Counted from the first letter of the stretch, positions 17,401 to 26,953 are shown. The stretch is 64,000 bases of DNA from Thermoplasmata archaeon (GCA_027314915.1 DAHUZZ010000004.1:30368-94367); one strand, 5' to 3'. Translations and numbers: made by a program. Notes: a model not told the origin generated them from the sequence alone.

Positions 17401-17608
17401 CGAGGGGGGGAAGGGAGCGGGAGGGTCCCGCCCCCGAGCCCGAGGGAAGGGACCTTGCGGCGACGGTGGGGGGTGCCGCATGGACGGGAGCCCCCCCCGG
17501 CAGGGCCGCGAAGGGGACGCCGAGGAGGAGTACGGCGAGCAGCGGGAGGGCGAGTCGGACAACCCTGGCCGGCGGCGCCCACGTCCCTCCATTCCAAGCT
17601 TCCAGCAC
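14417..17608 (-). CDS. Large membrane-anchored surface glycoprotein (YVTN beta-propeller plus 7 tandem domains)
   Basis: GTG 17608 is preceded by GGAGTGGTGA. There is an N-terminal signal/TM segment (LALPLLAVLLLGV). YDPANGYVYV-type repeats span aa ~95-410. Seven repeats of ~75-80 aa containing F.ETGLPxGTxW span aa 416-949. A C-terminal TM, RRRR and an acidic, Pro-rich tail follow. There are dozens of N-x-S/T sequons. Confidence 0.85.
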   Translation of the reverse strand: MLEAWNGGTWAPPARVVRLALPLLAVLLLGVPFAALPGGAPVHAAPPTVAARSLPSGSGAGPSRSLPPLAPSGNYSTSAVYLLTTTGVGAAPTNVSYDPANGLLYVTNFGPPIGTTGNSVSILSDRNNTVIATIGVGDDPLASTYDPADGYVYVEDFGTTQNLTVINGTRTIASVRVGSGPTMAAYDAQNGNLYVPNTNSGNVSIVNGTKVVATINLGSGTYPCYAGYDPVNHYVYVANLGSDNVTVLDGAQVIANIATGASPCFVTVSPRTGLVYVPNSAASNVSILNGTTFVGNVSDGVGGREATYDPANGYVYVYNLVSNTITVINGTRDLGNFTAGGSPRAGAVDAANGYLYVINWGNETTSVFNGSRTVATVNVQGSPFSILYDPASQDLYVPDYSFNNVSIIGKLNSPYGVTFHETGLPSGTGWNISLANTTLPSNSTTIVFDAVNGTFGYLVPTVPGYYATPQGNVTVAGDHPTVNISFSPTFPVEFKETGLASNTSWSVRIGSTTNTTGTAVNTLDEPNGTFDYRILGVPGYVTTWTGNVTVSGAQVDVAVTFSVKEYTVQFNETGLPASTTWQVWLAGSFHSSTTATLPIGEPNGTYNYSVAPMAGYEIIPQTGNFTVFGGDLYFDVTFLATFPVVFDESGLPAGTLWGVQLFHGSQGTTTGSTVPFDLPAGSYSYRILSVPGYMTNWTGTFRVSAPGPLAISVAFVPYVSPVVFYETGLPAGTSWSVTVNGTARNSSANAITYLLANGTYDYSVATIPGYRPIPSEPFHVTGLQTQTSVYLTFLAIHVPKYAITFLETGLTPGTAWSIHVGGVYLNSTQPSAALTEINGSYPYTIAPLPGYGTNWSGTATVAGAPVTVNVTFRTFTYAVTFELLGLPAGTTWNVSLGGPSYPASAGQLQLLEPNGSYTYVLALSTGSVNGSGSGTFHVGGHAVSLTFSYVPPTTPAGPSGLSTPEELGIAAAVIAVGVIAALLIVRRRRGGAAAASTEEAPPSDEPTGEANPYPDGGWPEGVPEGGSEEPWAENPESPPPGNPEMETPAEYGGPAPEDEPLAG
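14762..16363 (-). repeat. Seven tandem ~75-80-aa domain repeats inside the surface protein gene
   Basis: Repeat starts read from the translation: YGVTFHETGLPSGTGW, FPVEFKETGLASNTSW, YTVQFNETGLPASTTW, FPVVFDESGLPAGTLW, SPVVFYETGLPAGTSW, YAITFLETGLTPGTAW, YAVTFELLGLPAGTTW. Confidence 0.8.
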
Positions 17609-17651
17609 AGCGTCACCACTCCTTGATCCAGCGGGGTCGACGTTGGCCCAG

Positions 17652-17659
17652 AATTTTAA
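17652..17659. promoter_or_regulatory. A/T-rich TATA-like element in a divergent intergenic region
   Basis: AATTTTAA lies between the surface-protein gene (GTG 17608, ~45 nt away) and the ferredoxin gene (ATG 17744). Confidence 0.4.
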
Positions 17660-17743
17660 CTTCTGTATCTGCGTCCACGGGACGCGGGGCGGCCGGGCGC
17701 GGAACCCTAATGTGCCGCGCCCCGCTCTCCGGGACCGTCCTCG

Positions 17744-18025
17744 ATGCCCATTCTCGTCGACGTCGAACTGGCCCGCTGCACCGGCTGCTCCCACTGCAAG
17801 GACGTCTGCCCGGTGAACGTCTTCGACCTGAGACCGCGGGACATGTTCACCGACCTGGTCGACGATCCCACCGTCGGCGCGAAGTTCCAGTTCCGGGGCG
17901 AGAAATCCCTCTCGCTGAACGGCCCGGAGTGCATCGTCTGCGAGGCCTGCCTGTACGAATGCGAGGGGGAGTGCATCCTCATCACCGATGATGAGGGGCA
18001 CGTCCACCGCTCGGTCTACAAGTAG
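17744..18025 (+). CDS. 2x[4Fe-4S] ferredoxin
   Basis: Cluster motifs CTGCSHCKDVCP and CIVCEACLYECEGEC. Confidence 0.85.
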   Translation: MPILVDVELARCTGCSHCKDVCPVNVFDLRPRDMFTDLVDDPTVGAKFQFRGEKSLSLNGPECIVCEACLYECEGECILITDDEGHVHRSVYK

Positions 18026-18084
18026 CGCCCGGCGGCCGTGGTCGCCGTGCCGGCCGCTCGGCGCCGACCTCGGCGCAGTAGCCG

Positions 18085-18091
18085 TTAAATA
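18085..18091 (+). promoter_or_regulatory. TATA box upstream of atpF
   Basis: TTAAATA lies 28-34 nt upstream of ATG 18119. Confidence 0.45.
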
Positions 18092-18118
18092 GAGGATTTC
18101 CCCGACGGGGCGCGGGCC

Positions 18119-18457
18119 TTGATGACCGGGACATCCGACGGAGGCCGCACCGTGGTCCTGGGGGAACGGGAGCTCGCCATCGGCTTCCGCCTGATCGGGC
18201 TCGGGGACGTCGTCGAGGTGAGCTCCGACCACGCCCAGGCCGAGTTCCAGAAGGCCGCCGCGGATCCCCGGACCTCGCTCATCGTCGCGAGCCAGTCGGT
18301 CCGGCGGGCCCTCACCGAGGTCCAGCGCGAGCATGCCGAGAATTCGCTCCGGCCGCTCGTGGTCTTTGTGCCGGCGCCCACGGGCGAGTACGAGATCGAG
18401 AGCATCTCCGCCCTCGCCAAGCGCGTGCTCGGTGTTTCCCTGCAGGTCGCCCCGTAG
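18119..18457 (+). CDS. atpF: A-type ATP synthase subunit F
   Basis: 112 aa. It sits directly upstream of atpA and has an AtpF-like sequence (VVLGERELAIGFRLIGL ... LIVASQSV ... PLVVFVP). Confidence 0.85.
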   Translation: MMTGTSDGGRTVVLGERELAIGFRLIGLGDVVEVSSDHAQAEFQKAAADPRTSLIVASQSVRRALTEVQREHAENSLRPLVVFVPAPTGEYEIESISALAKRVLGVSLQVAP

Positions 18458-18472
18458 TCAGAGGAAGGTTCC

Positions 18473-21400
18473 ATGGGAGTAGTGGCACGCGTTTCCGGTC
18501 CGGTGGTCACCGCCGAAGGGCTCGAGGGCGCCAAGATGTACGACGTGGTCCGCGTCGGTGAGCTCGGCCTGGTCGGCGAGGTGATCCGGCTCGAGGGCAC
18601 CCGGGCGACGATCCAGGTGTACGAGGACACGACCGGCCTCCGTCCGGGCGACAAGGTCGAGAACACGGGCCAGGCGCTCTCGGTGGAGCTCGGACCCGGC
18701 CTGCTCAAGAGCATCTACGACGGAGTCCAGCGGCCGCTCGAGCAGCTCAAGAAGAACCTCGGGGACTTCATCACGCGGGGCTTCGTCGCGGCGCCCCTGG
18801 ACGAGAAGGCCCAATGGGAGTTCACCGCCACCGCGAAGCCCGGCACCGAGGTCTCCTCCGGAGCGATCCTCGGGACCGTGCAGGAAACGCCCCTCATCCT
18901 CCACAAGATCATGGTCCCGCCCGGCGTCAAGGGTACCCTCGCGAAGCTCTCGTCGGGAAGCTACACCATCCGGGACCCCATCGGTTCGATCCAGACCGCC
19001 GCGGGCCCCCTGCCGGTCTATCTCGCCCAGAAGTGGGTGGTACGGGTGCCGCGGCCGGTCGCCCAGAAGCTCGCGCCCACCATCCCCCTCCTCACGGGTC
19101 AGCGGGTGATCGACACGATGTTCCCGATCGCCAAGGGCGGGACGGCCGCGATCCCGGGCCCGTTCGGTTCCGGGAAGTGCTGCGGAGGGGAGACCCCGGT
19201 CCAGCTCGCGGACGGCACCGTCGTTCGGCTCGACCAGCTCTACGAGCTGGCGCGGAGGGAGGGCGCGTGCACCCTCGACGGGAACGACGAGTGGTATCGG
19301 CTCCGGGAGCCGATCGAGCTCCTCTCGATGGTCGACGGCCGGCTCGTCCGGAGCTCGACCCGGACCGTGTACAAGGGCAAGAGCGACACGATGGTCCGGA
19401 TCCGGACCCGGAGCGGTCGCACCGTTCGGGTCACCCCGGTCCACCGCCTGTTCACCGTCGGACCCGACGGTGCGCTCCGGGCCCAGGAGGCCGGAGAGCT
19501 CACGCCGGGCGACTATGCCGCTTCCGTCCGCAAGCTGCCCCCCTCGGCCGGCGCGGAACGGCTCGGATGGACGAGCCCCCGGCTCCTCCGACCCGGGAAG
19601 GGCGCACGCGTTCCCGAGGTGATGACGCGTGACCTCGCCGAGTGGCTCGGACTGTTCGTGGCCGAGGGCCAGATCCGTGGCCACGGCTCGGTCCTCTTCA
19701 CCCACCCCGATGGGGAGCTCCTCCACCGGTTCCGGGATCTCACCTCCTCCCTCTTCGGGATCGAGGGTCGCGTCGAACCTCCGCCGTCCCGGACCCCGCA
19801 CGTCCTCGTGCGCAGCCGTCTTCTGGTCGAGCTGCTCGAGCAGCTCGGGACCGCTGCAGGCTCCTCCGGCGCGCGCATCCCGGCCAGCGTCCTCCGTTCG
19901 GGGGACCACGAGCTCGGCGGCTTCCTGCTCGGGTACTACCTCGGCGTCGGAGGGTTCCGTCCGGGGGAGGTGGAGTTCCGCCCCGCCAGCAAGACGCTGC
20001 AGACCGAGCTGGTCTACGCCCTGACCCGGCTGGGCATCACCTCGTCGATGGCCATGCACCGGGTGGACGGCGTCCCGCACTACCGTGTCCTCGTTCGGGG
20101 GTCGCCGGAGCTGTCGAAGCTGGAGAGCTCGGTACGGTCGGAGTGGCCCCAGGTCGCCGCCGTTTCCCGATACCTGCGGAGCGCGCCCTCGACCCCCTCC
20201 TCGGCCGACCGGGTCCCGCTCGCGGCCGAACACCCCGAGGGGACCTACCGGGCGCCCTTCGGCCAGGAGCCGCTGCTCGAGCACGGGATCGGGCTCGCCG
20301 ACGGCCTTGGAAGTGGCGGAGGGAGGGGCGCGACCACCTATTCGCCCGTCCTCGGTTCCCCTCGGATCGATCCGACCCTCAGCCGTTCGACCTCGGAACC
20401 GTGGGCGAGCCGCGGCGCCGGTCTCGGGGAGTGGATCTACCGCGACGAGATCGTGGAGGTCGCCGTCGAGAAGGACGGACCCTTCGACGTCTTCGACGTG
20501 TCCGTGCCCGAGTTCGGGGAGAACTTCGTGGGCGGGGACGGTGGGATGCTGCTCCACAACACCGTCACGCAGCAGCAGCTCGCCAAGTGGGCCGACTCGG
20601 ACGTCGTCGTCTACGTCGGCTGCGGCGAGCGGGGCAATGAGATGACGGAGGTGCTCGCCACGTTCCCGAACCTCCAGGACCCCAAGTCGAAGCGGCCCCT
20701 GATGGAACGGACGATCCTCATCGCGAACACCTCGAACATGCCCGTCGCGGCCCGGGAGGCGAGCGTGTACACCGGCATCACGATCGCGGAGTACTACCGG
20801 GACATGGGCTACGACGTGGCCCTCATGGCGGACTCGACCAGCCGCTGGGCCGAGGCGATGCGCGAGATCTCCGGTCGGCTCGAGGAGATGCCCGGCGAGG
20901 AGGGCTACCCGGCCTACCTCGGCCGGCGGATCGCGGAGTTCTACGAGCGGGCGGGGCGCGTGGTCACGCTCTCGCCGGAAGGACGGACCGGTTCCGTCTC
21001 GGTCGTGGGGGCGGTCTCTCCGCCGGGCGGGGACTTCTCCGAGCCGGTGAGCCAGAACACGCTCCGGGTGACCCGGGTCTTCTGGGCGCTCGACGCGTCG
21101 CTGGCGTCGCGGCGGCACTTCCCGTCGATCAACTGGCTCCAGAGCTACTCGCTCTACGCCGGCGATCTCGAGGCGTGGTACCGCGCCGAGATCGCCCCCG
21201 ACTGGATGGGGCTGCGGCAGAAGGCCGTGGAGACCCTCCAGAAGGAGGCCGAGCTCCAGGAGATCGTCCAGCTCGTCGGCGTCGACGCCCTCCCCGAGCG
21301 GGAGAAGGCGATCCTCGACGTCTCGCGGATGATCCGCGAGGACTACCTCCAGCAGAGCGCCTACGACGACGTGGACACCTACACGTCGATCCGCAAGCAG

Positions 21401-21613
21401 TACCGGATGCTCCGCGCCATCCTCACCTTCGGGGAGAAGGAACAGGAGGCCATCGCGAAGGGCGCGACCCTCCAGCAGCTCCAGAAGCTGCCGGTCCGGC
21501 AGAAGCTCTCCCGGATGAAGTGGATCCCCGAGGCGGACCTCGCGACCTCGTTCGATGCGCTCGAGGCCGAGATGAACCAGGCGGTGGCCGGGCTCGCGGC
21601 GGGGAGCAGCTGA
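18473..21613 (+). CDS. atpA: A-type ATP synthase catalytic subunit A, interrupted by an intein
   Basis: The exteins give a 585-aa AtpA. The P-loop GPFGSGK|T is split by the intein. Downstream motifs such as [11 protein letters not shown] are intact. Confidence 0.95.
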   Translation: MGVVARVSGPVVTAEGLEGAKMYDVVRVGELGLVGEVIRLEGTRATIQVYEDTTGLRPGDKVENTGQALSVELGPGLLKSIYDGVQRPLEQLKKNLGDFITRGFVAAPLDEKAQWEFTATAKPGTEVSSGAILGTVQETPLILHKIMVPPGVKGTLAKLSSGSYTIRDPIGSIQTAAGPLPVYLAQKWVVRVPRPVAQKLAPTIPLLTGQRVIDTMFPIAKGGTAAIPGPFGSGKCCGGETPVQLADGTVVRLDQLYELARREGACTLDGNDEWYRLREPIELLSMVDGRLVRSSTRTVYKGKSDTMVRIRTRSGRTVRVTPVHRLFTVGPDGALRAQEAGELTPGDYAASVRKLPPSAGAERLGWTSPRLLRPGKGARVPEVMTRDLAEWLGLFVAEGQIRGHGSVLFTHPDGELLHRFRDLTSSLFGIEGRVEPPPSRTPHVLVRSRLLVELLEQLGTAAGSSGARIPASVLRSGDHELGGFLLGYYLGVGGFRPGEVEFRPASKTLQTELVYALTRLGITSSMAMHRVDGVPHYRVLVRGSPELSKLESSVRSEWPQVAAVSRYLRSAPSTPSSADRVPLAAEHPEGTYRAPFGQEPLLEHGIGLADGLGSGGGRGATTYSPVLGSPRIDPTLSRSTSEPWASRGAGLGEWIYRDEIVEVAVEKDGPFDVFDVSVPEFGENFVGGDGGMLLHNTVTQQQLAKWADSDVVVYVGCGERGNEMTEVLATFPNLQDPKSKRPLMERTILIANTSNMPVAAREASVYTGITIAEYYRDMGYDVALMADSTSRWAEAMREISGRLEEMPGEEGYPAYLGRRIAEFYERAGRVVTLSPEGRTGSVSVVGAVSPPGGDFSEPVSQNTLRVTRVFWALDASLASRRHFPSINWLQSYSLYAGDLEAWYRAEIAPDWMGLRQKAVETLQKEAELQEIVQLVGVDALPEREKAILDVSRMIREDYLQQSAYDDVDTYTSIRKQYRMLRAILTFGEKEQEAIAKGATLQQLQKLPVRQKLSRMKWIPEADLATSFDALEAEMNQAVAGLAAGSS
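19178..20560 (+). mobile_element. Intein (461 aa) with a LAGLIDADG-type homing-endonuclease domain in the AtpA P-loop
   Basis: It starts at Cys (TGC 19178) directly after GSGK and ends ...GMLLHN (AAC 20558-20560), with Thr at +1. Block B is VTPVH. The LAGLIDADG-like segments are LGLFVAEGQ and [11 protein letters not shown]. Confidence 0.85.
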
Positions 21614-23043
21614 TGGCGACCACGAAGCGGGGCACGAAGAACGTGCCGGAGGAGGAGATCCCGATCGACTACCGGACCATCGACCGCGTGACCGGCCCGC
21701 TCCTGTTCGTGCGGGACGTGGAGAGGGCCGCCTACGGCGAGATCGTCGAGATCACGCTGCCGAACGGCGACCGCCGGCAGGGCCAGGTGCTCGACTCGCG
21801 CAAGGGGCTCGCCATCGTGCAGGTCTTCGGGCCGACGATGGGCATGAACGTGACCGCGACCCGCGTGAAGTTCCTCGGCGAGGTCGCGAAGCTCCCGGTC
21901 TCCGACGAGATGCTCGGCCGCGTCTTCAACGGGCTCGGGGAACCGCGGGACGGGGGCCCCAAGATCGTCTCCGAGACGGAGCTCGAGATCGTCGGCAACG
22001 CGATGAACCCCTACTCGCGCGAGGAGCCGAGCGAGTTCATCCAGACGGGGCTCTCGAACATCGACGTGATGAACACCCTCGTGCGGGGCCAGAAGCTCCC
22101 CATCTTCTCGGGGGCCGGCCTCCCCCACAACCAGCTCGCCGCGCAGATCGTGCGCCAGGCCAAGCTGCGGAGCTCCTCCGAGGGGTTCGCCGTCATCTTC
22201 GCCGCGATGGGCATCACGAGCGAGGAGGCGAACTTCTTCCTCAAGGAGTTCGAGTCGACGGGTGCGCTCGAGCGGACCGTGGTGTTCCTGAACCTCTCCT
22301 CCGACCCGTCCGCCGAGCGGATCGTCACGCCCAGGATGGCGCTCACGACCGCGGAGTTCCTGGCCTACGAGCGCGACATGCACATCCTGGTCGTGCTCAC
22401 GGACATGACCAACTACTGCGAGGCGCTCCGCGAGGTGGCCGCCGCGCGGGAGGAGGTGCCCGGCCGTCGCGGCTACCCGGGCTACATGTACACCGACCTC
22501 GCGACCCTCTACGAGCGGGCCGGCAAGATCCACGGGCGGAAGGGCTCGATCACCCAGCTCCCCATCCTGACGATGCCGGCCGACGACATCACGCACCCGA
22601 TCCCGGACCTGACCGGCTACATCACGGAGGGCCAGATCGTGGCGAGCCGGGAGCTCCAGCGGCGGGGCGTCTATCCGCCGATCGATGTGCTCGTCTCCCT
22701 CTCCCGGCTCATGAACCAGGGGATCGGGAAGGACCGGACCCGGGAGGACCACCGCGGCGTCGCGGACCAGCTCTACGCGTCCTACGCGACGGGGAAGGAC
22801 CAGCGCGCCCTCTCCGCCATCGTCGGGGAGGAGGCGCTCAGCGAGGTCGACCGGATCTACCTCAAGATCGCCGAGCGGTTCGAGAACGAGTTCGTGAACC
22901 AGCGGCCGGACGAGGACCGCTCGATCGACGAGAGCCTCGCCCTCGGCTGGGACATCCTCTCGGAACTGCCCGAGACGGAGCTCAAGCGGATCAAACCGGA
23001 GTTCATCCAGAAGTACTACCGCGCGAAGACGAAGGCCGCCTAG
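21613..23043 (+). CDS. atpB: A-type ATP synthase subunit B
   Basis: ATG 21613 overlaps the atpA TGA by 1 nt (TGATG). 476 aa with typical subunit B sequence ([22 protein letters not shown]). Confidence 0.95.
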   Translation: MATTKRGTKNVPEEEIPIDYRTIDRVTGPLLFVRDVERAAYGEIVEITLPNGDRRQGQVLDSRKGLAIVQVFGPTMGMNVTATRVKFLGEVAKLPVSDEMLGRVFNGLGEPRDGGPKIVSETELEIVGNAMNPYSREEPSEFIQTGLSNIDVMNTLVRGQKLPIFSGAGLPHNQLAAQIVRQAKLRSSSEGFAVIFAAMGITSEEANFFLKEFESTGALERTVVFLNLSSDPSAERIVTPRMALTTAEFLAYERDMHILVVLTDMTNYCEALREVAAAREEVPGRRGYPGYMYTDLATLYERAGKIHGRKGSITQLPILTMPADDITHPIPDLTGYITEGQIVASRELQRRGVYPPIDVLVSLSRLMNQGIGKDRTREDHRGVADQLYASYATGKDQRALSAIVGEEALSEVDRIYLKIAERFENEFVNQRPDEDRSIDESLALGWDILSELPETELKRIKPEFIQKYYRAKTKAA

Positions 23044-23076
23044 GGCCCCGCCGGGTGAGCTTCGGAGGAGGAGAGG

Positions 23077-23736
23077 GTGGCGGGCGAAGAGGTTCGACCG
23101 ACCCGGCTCGAGCTCCTGCGCACGCGCCGCAGGATCCAGCTCGCGAAGAAGGGGCTCAACCTGCTCAAGCTGAAGCGCTCGGCGCTCATCGCCGAGTTCT
23201 TCGCCCTCTCGAAGGAGGCGCTCGAGCTGCGGGGCGACCTCCAGCAGAAGATCGCCCGGGGGTACTCCTCCATCCGCTCGGCCGAGATGCGCGAGGGACC
23301 CACCCGGCTCGAGAACGTCTCGATGCTCCTCCCCCGCCTCGCCCGGATCGCCGTCGACACGAAGAACGTCATGGGCGTGAAGACGCCGCGCGTCGACGCG
23401 GGCTCCTACGCCCCGATCCCTCCGGAGGCGCTCCTCGACCTCCCGACGAGCATCGACGAGTCGGTCCGGCACTTCCAGGGGATCTACCAGGTCATCCTCA
23501 ACATCGCCGAGAAGGAGAACGCGCTCCGCCGGCTCCTCAAGGAGATCGAGAAGACCAAGCGGCGGGCGAGCGCGATCGAGAACGTGCTCATCCCCCGGCT
23601 CCAGAACGTCGTGCGCTACATCAAGTTCCGATTCGACGAGATGGAGCGGGACTCCTTCAGCATGCTCAAGACCGTCAAGCGGAAGATGGAAGAGCAGGCC
23701 GCGCTCGAGGCGGCGGGGGCGCATGCCGAAGCCTGA
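23077..23736 (+). CDS. atpD: A-type ATP synthase subunit D
   Basis: GTG start preceded by GGAGGAGGAGAGG. The sequence RPTRLELLRTRRRIQLAKKGLNLLKLKR is typical of subunit D. Confidence 0.9.
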   Translation: MAGEEVRPTRLELLRTRRRIQLAKKGLNLLKLKRSALIAEFFALSKEALELRGDLQQKIARGYSSIRSAEMREGPTRLENVSMLLPRLARIAVDTKNVMGVKTPRVDAGSYAPIPPEALLDLPTSIDESVRHFQGIYQVILNIAEKENALRRLLKEIEKTKRRASAIENVLIPRLQNVVRYIKFRFDEMERDSFSMLKTVKRKMEEQAALEAAGAHAEA

Positions 23737-23908
23737 CCTCTCGGGAGCCTACGGGGTGGTCCACCCCGTCGCGTCGAAGGGCGTCCTCGAGCACCCCGAG
23801 CGGGCCTTCAGGTTCCTGGTCTACCAGCGGCTCCTCTGGGCGGTCCGGATCGGCTCCATCGCGGTGCTGCTCGCCTTCCTGTACATGACGCACGAGATCC
23901 AGCTATGA
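23723..23908 (+). CDS. Small membrane protein (61 aa) embedded in the ATP synthase operon
   Basis: High GC3 and one C-terminal TM segment (LLWAVRIGSIAVLLAFLYM). It overlaps the atpD end by 14 nt, and its TGA overlaps the atpH ATG (ATGA). Confidence 0.5.
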   Translation: MPKPDLSGAYGVVHPVASKGVLEHPERAFRFLVYQRLLWAVRIGSIAVLLAFLYMTHEIQL

Positions 23909-24282
23909 GCGCAGAGGCCCCCGCGACGCCCGGCGACGAGGGACTGGAGCCGATCCGACGCGTGAAGACGCTCGAGACCGAGAACGCCGGGAAGCTCGAG
24001 GAGATCCGGGCGCGGTCGCGCTCGGAGATCGACGGGATCACCCGCGAGGCCGAGGGCGCCGTCGCGGCGAGCCGGACCGCGGGCGAGGCGGCCCGGGACC
24101 GCGCGATCGCCGAGGCCCGGTCGACCGCCGACCGCGAGGCGGAGGCGATCCTCGCCGAGGGCCGGACGAAGGCCGCCGCGATCCGGGGCCGCACCCCGGC
24201 GGAGCTCGCGGCGCTGAAAGAGCCCGTCCTCTCCGCGGTGCTCGGCGAGTTCCGGGCCAAGGGGAAGCGCCCGGAGGCGTAG
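23905..24282 (+). CDS. atpH: A-type ATP synthase subunit H (putative)
   Basis: 125 aa, A/E/R-rich coiled-coil type, directly upstream of atpI. Assigned from position and composition. Confidence 0.6.
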   Translation: MSAEAPATPGDEGLEPIRRVKTLETENAGKLEEIRARSRSEIDGITREAEGAVAASRTAGEAARDRAIAEARSTADREAEAILAEGRTKAAAIRGRTPAELAALKEPVLSAVLGEFRAKGKRPEA

Positions 24283-24284
24283 CC

Positions 24285-26348
24285 ATGGGTTTCCTGCGCC
24301 CCGTCGCGATGACCAAGGTCGGCCTCCTCGGCCTGAAGGCCGACCGGGAGCGGATCGTCGGTCTCCTCCACGACGCGGGCGTCGTCCAGATCGAGCCGCT
24401 CCGCAAGGAGGCGGCGGCGATCCTCGGAAGCGAGCCCGGGGGCGAGGCGCAGCGGAAGGTCGCGGAGCTCCTCCTGCGGTTCCGGACCCTCAAGTCGGCG
24501 CTGCCGGCCCGGCGGACCGGCCGCCTCCCCGCCTACCCCGACCAGGCGGCGATCCTCCGGGAGGCCGCGAGCGTGACCATCGACGGCGAGGTCACCTCGC
24601 TGCGCAGCGAGGAGGACCAGCTCCTCACCGAGCAGAAGCTGCTCGGCGAACGGATCGATCTCCTCTCCCAGCACCGGTACTACACCGAGCCGCTCGGGCT
24701 CCTCCGCTCCCACCGGCTCCTCGCCTTCTTCGGCGAGGCGGAACCCGGGGCCTACGCCGAGCTCCGGGCCGCGACGGCCACGATCGCCGAGTCGGCCTTC
24801 GTGCCCCACGTCGAGCCGAAGCGGATCCGGTTCCTCCTCGCGGTCCCCACGGAGGCCGCCGAGGCGCTCGGCCGCCTCGCGCAGCAGTCGGGCGTCAAGC
24901 TGACCTCGGTCCCGCCGCTGGACGGCACCATCGCGGAGGAGGTGCCGCGGGCCCAGGCCCGGCGCCGCGAGGTCGACGCCCGGCTGGGGGAGATCCGGGT
25001 CCGGCTCGGCCAGATCGCGGACCAGGGGTACGACCGGGTCGCCGCCCTCGAGGAGGCGCTCGCGATCGAGAACCGCAAGTTCGAGGCCTGGAGCCGGATG
25101 GGCGCGGGCGACTCGACGTTCGCCCTCGAGGGCTGGATCCCCTCGCGGGAGCTCGCGCGGCTCACGCAGGGGCTCCGATCCGCCACGGAGGACCGGTGCT
25201 ACCTCTACCCCCTCCCCACCCACGAGGAGCCCCCCACCCTCATGGACAACCCTCCGGGGATCCGATGGTTCGAGTTCTTCATCCGGTTCTACGCGATCCC
25301 GCGCGGCACCGAGTTCGACCCGACCTGGATCTTCGCGCTGGTCTTCCCCATCTTCTTCGGATTCATGATCGGCGACGTCGGCTTCGCCGTCATCATCCTC
25401 GGCTTCTGCCTCTGGATGATCGCGGGGTTCCCCGGGGGCCGGTATCTCCCGAGCGGGATCAAGGGGATCCCGAAGATGATCATGGGCCCCTCGACGATGC
25501 GGTCGCTCGCCTACACCCTCGTCCCCGGCTGCATCATCGGGATGGGCCTCGGCGTCGTCTACAACTCCTGGCTCGGCTTCTCGCTGCCGTTCTACACCGC
25601 CTACTTCAACCCCATCGCCCAGGTGGGAGAGCTCCTCCTCATCTCCGGCTACATCGGGCTCGCCATGGTCTCCTTGGGCTTCCTCCTCGGCATGGCCAAG
25701 GCGCGGTTCCACCACCACCGCGGCGAGTTCCTCGCCCGGCTCGGCGGGCTCGTCCTGGCCTGGTCCCTCGCGCTGTTCGGGCTCGCGATCCTGCGGGGGA
25801 CCGACAACTTCGAGTTCTTCACCCACCTCGCCCCCGCGCTCCACGGCCAGGCCGTCCCGCCGCTGAGCTACGACGGCCTCGTGACGCTGGTCGCCCTCCT
25901 CGGCCTCGCCGTGGCGATCGCCCTCATCCTCCTCGGCGAGGGGGTCCGGGGCGCCATGGGGCTCCCCGAGGTGCTGAGCCACATCCTGTCCTACACGCGG
26001 CTCATCGGCATCCTGCTCTCCACCGTGGTGCTCTCGCTCATCGTGATCATCGGCTTCCACGGCTTCCTCGGCCTCGCCGCCTCCGCCCCCTCGATCGGCG
26101 TGCGGATCGGCGAGTACGCCGCCGCGACCGGCATCATCGTGATGGGCCTCGGCTTCGTCCTCATCCTGAGCGTCTTCGAGCCGGGCATCCAGGGCGCGCG
26201 GCTCATCTTCGTCGAGCACTTCTCGAAGTTCTACGAGGGGAACGGGCGACCGTTCGCACCGTTCCGGACGGGCCGGGTCTACACGCGGCCGTTCCGGCAG
26301 GAAGAGGGACCGGAGCACCTCATCATCGCCCCGGGCGTTCGGCCCTAG
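24285..26348 (+). CDS. atpI: A-type ATP synthase subunit I (a-subunit)
   Basis: 687 aa. Soluble N-terminal half and a multi-TM C-terminal half with the conserved LSYTRL arginine motif. Confidence 0.9.
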   Translation: MGFLRPVAMTKVGLLGLKADRERIVGLLHDAGVVQIEPLRKEAAAILGSEPGGEAQRKVAELLLRFRTLKSALPARRTGRLPAYPDQAAILREAASVTIDGEVTSLRSEEDQLLTEQKLLGERIDLLSQHRYYTEPLGLLRSHRLLAFFGEAEPGAYAELRAATATIAESAFVPHVEPKRIRFLLAVPTEAAEALGRLAQQSGVKLTSVPPLDGTIAEEVPRAQARRREVDARLGEIRVRLGQIADQGYDRVAALEEALAIENRKFEAWSRMGAGDSTFALEGWIPSRELARLTQGLRSATEDRCYLYPLPTHEEPPTLMDNPPGIRWFEFFIRFYAIPRGTEFDPTWIFALVFPIFFGFMIGDVGFAVIILGFCLWMIAGFPGGRYLPSGIKGIPKMIMGPSTMRSLAYTLVPGCIIGMGLGVVYNSWLGFSLPFYTAYFNPIAQVGELLLISGYIGLAMVSLGFLLGMAKARFHHHRGEFLARLGGLVLAWSLALFGLAILRGTDNFEFFTHLAPALHGQAVPPLSYDGLVTLVALLGLAVAIALILLGEGVRGAMGLPEVLSHILSYTRLIGILLSTVVLSLIVIIGFHGFLGLAASAPSIGVRIGEYAAATGIIVMGLGFVLILSVFEPGIQGARLIFVEHFSKFYEGNGRPFAPFRTGRVYTRPFRQEEGPEHLIIAPGVRP

Positions 26349-26474
26349 CGGCCGCCCTTCGGGACCGACGATCGCGCCGGTCGCCTTCGGGCCGCGCCCC
26401 GGGGGGTCCGGGAATCCCGTCCCGGGGTACCGGGCGGGCGCCCCCGCCCGGATCCGGCCCCGCCCCGGCCGGTC

Positions 26475-26864
26475 CTAGTGGAAGGTGTCCGCCGCCCGGA
26501 AGGAGACCACCTTCGAGCAGTGGGGGCAGCGGAGGGCGAAGTCGCCCTGGAAGGCGTCCGGTCCCGAGCGCATCCGGAGGCCGGTGTCGATGCGCTCCCC
26601 GCAGTCGCTGCACGCGATGTAGAGCGGCCCGGGCTCCATCGCCTCGGCGCCGGGCCCCAGGGGCTTGAACGAACCGTGCCAGAGCTCCGACCAGGAATCG
26701 GGCGTGGGATCGGTCAGGCACTCGAGCGCCTTGCGGCAGAGCAGGCACTCCCGGCACTCCTCCGTGCGGGAGCGCGCGGTGACCTTCCGGAGGAGCGGCT
26801 CGACCGCGTTGCGCTTCCGGGAGGCGAGCGCGGCCGAGTGGATCGGACACTCGGAAGCCTCCAT
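26475..26864 (-). CDS. Cys-rich zinc-ribbon protein (129 aa)
   Basis: MEASECPIH ... CRECLLCRKALEC ... CSDCGERIDTG ... CPHCSKV. It lies between the two convergent ATP synthase blocks. Confidence 0.55.
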   Translation of the reverse strand: MEASECPIHSAALASRKRNAVEPLLRKVTARSRTEECRECLLCRKALECLTDPTPDSWSELWHGSFKPLGPGAEAMEPGPLYIACSDCGERIDTGLRMRSGPDAFQGDFALRCPHCSKVVSFRAADTFH

Positions 26865-26913
26865 CGGGATCCGGTCGCCGCGCCCTCGACCGGGCCAAAC
26901 TTCGACGGCGGGG

Positions 26914-26922
26914 AATATAAAT
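26914..26922 (-). promoter_or_regulatory. TATA box upstream of the Cys-rich protein gene
   Basis: The minus strand reads ATTTATATT about 50 nt upstream of ATG 26864, just downstream of the atpC stop. Confidence 0.4.
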
Positions 26923-26953
26923 CTGAGGTAACCCGGGCGGACCGGGTGTCCCT

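Noticed and set aside
14378-17626. 1082-aa plus-strand ORF opposite the surface-protein gene.
   Set aside because: It is an antisense shadow ORF in GC-rich DNA, with an R/G/D/E/V-dominated low-complexity translation. The minus-strand frame has clear repeats, a signal peptide, a TM anchor and sequons.
23808-26318. 836-aa minus-strand ORF opposite atpH/atpI. The 781-aa ORF at 21379..23724 opposite atpB/atpD is similar.
   Set aside because: These are antisense shadows of well-identified ATP synthase genes.
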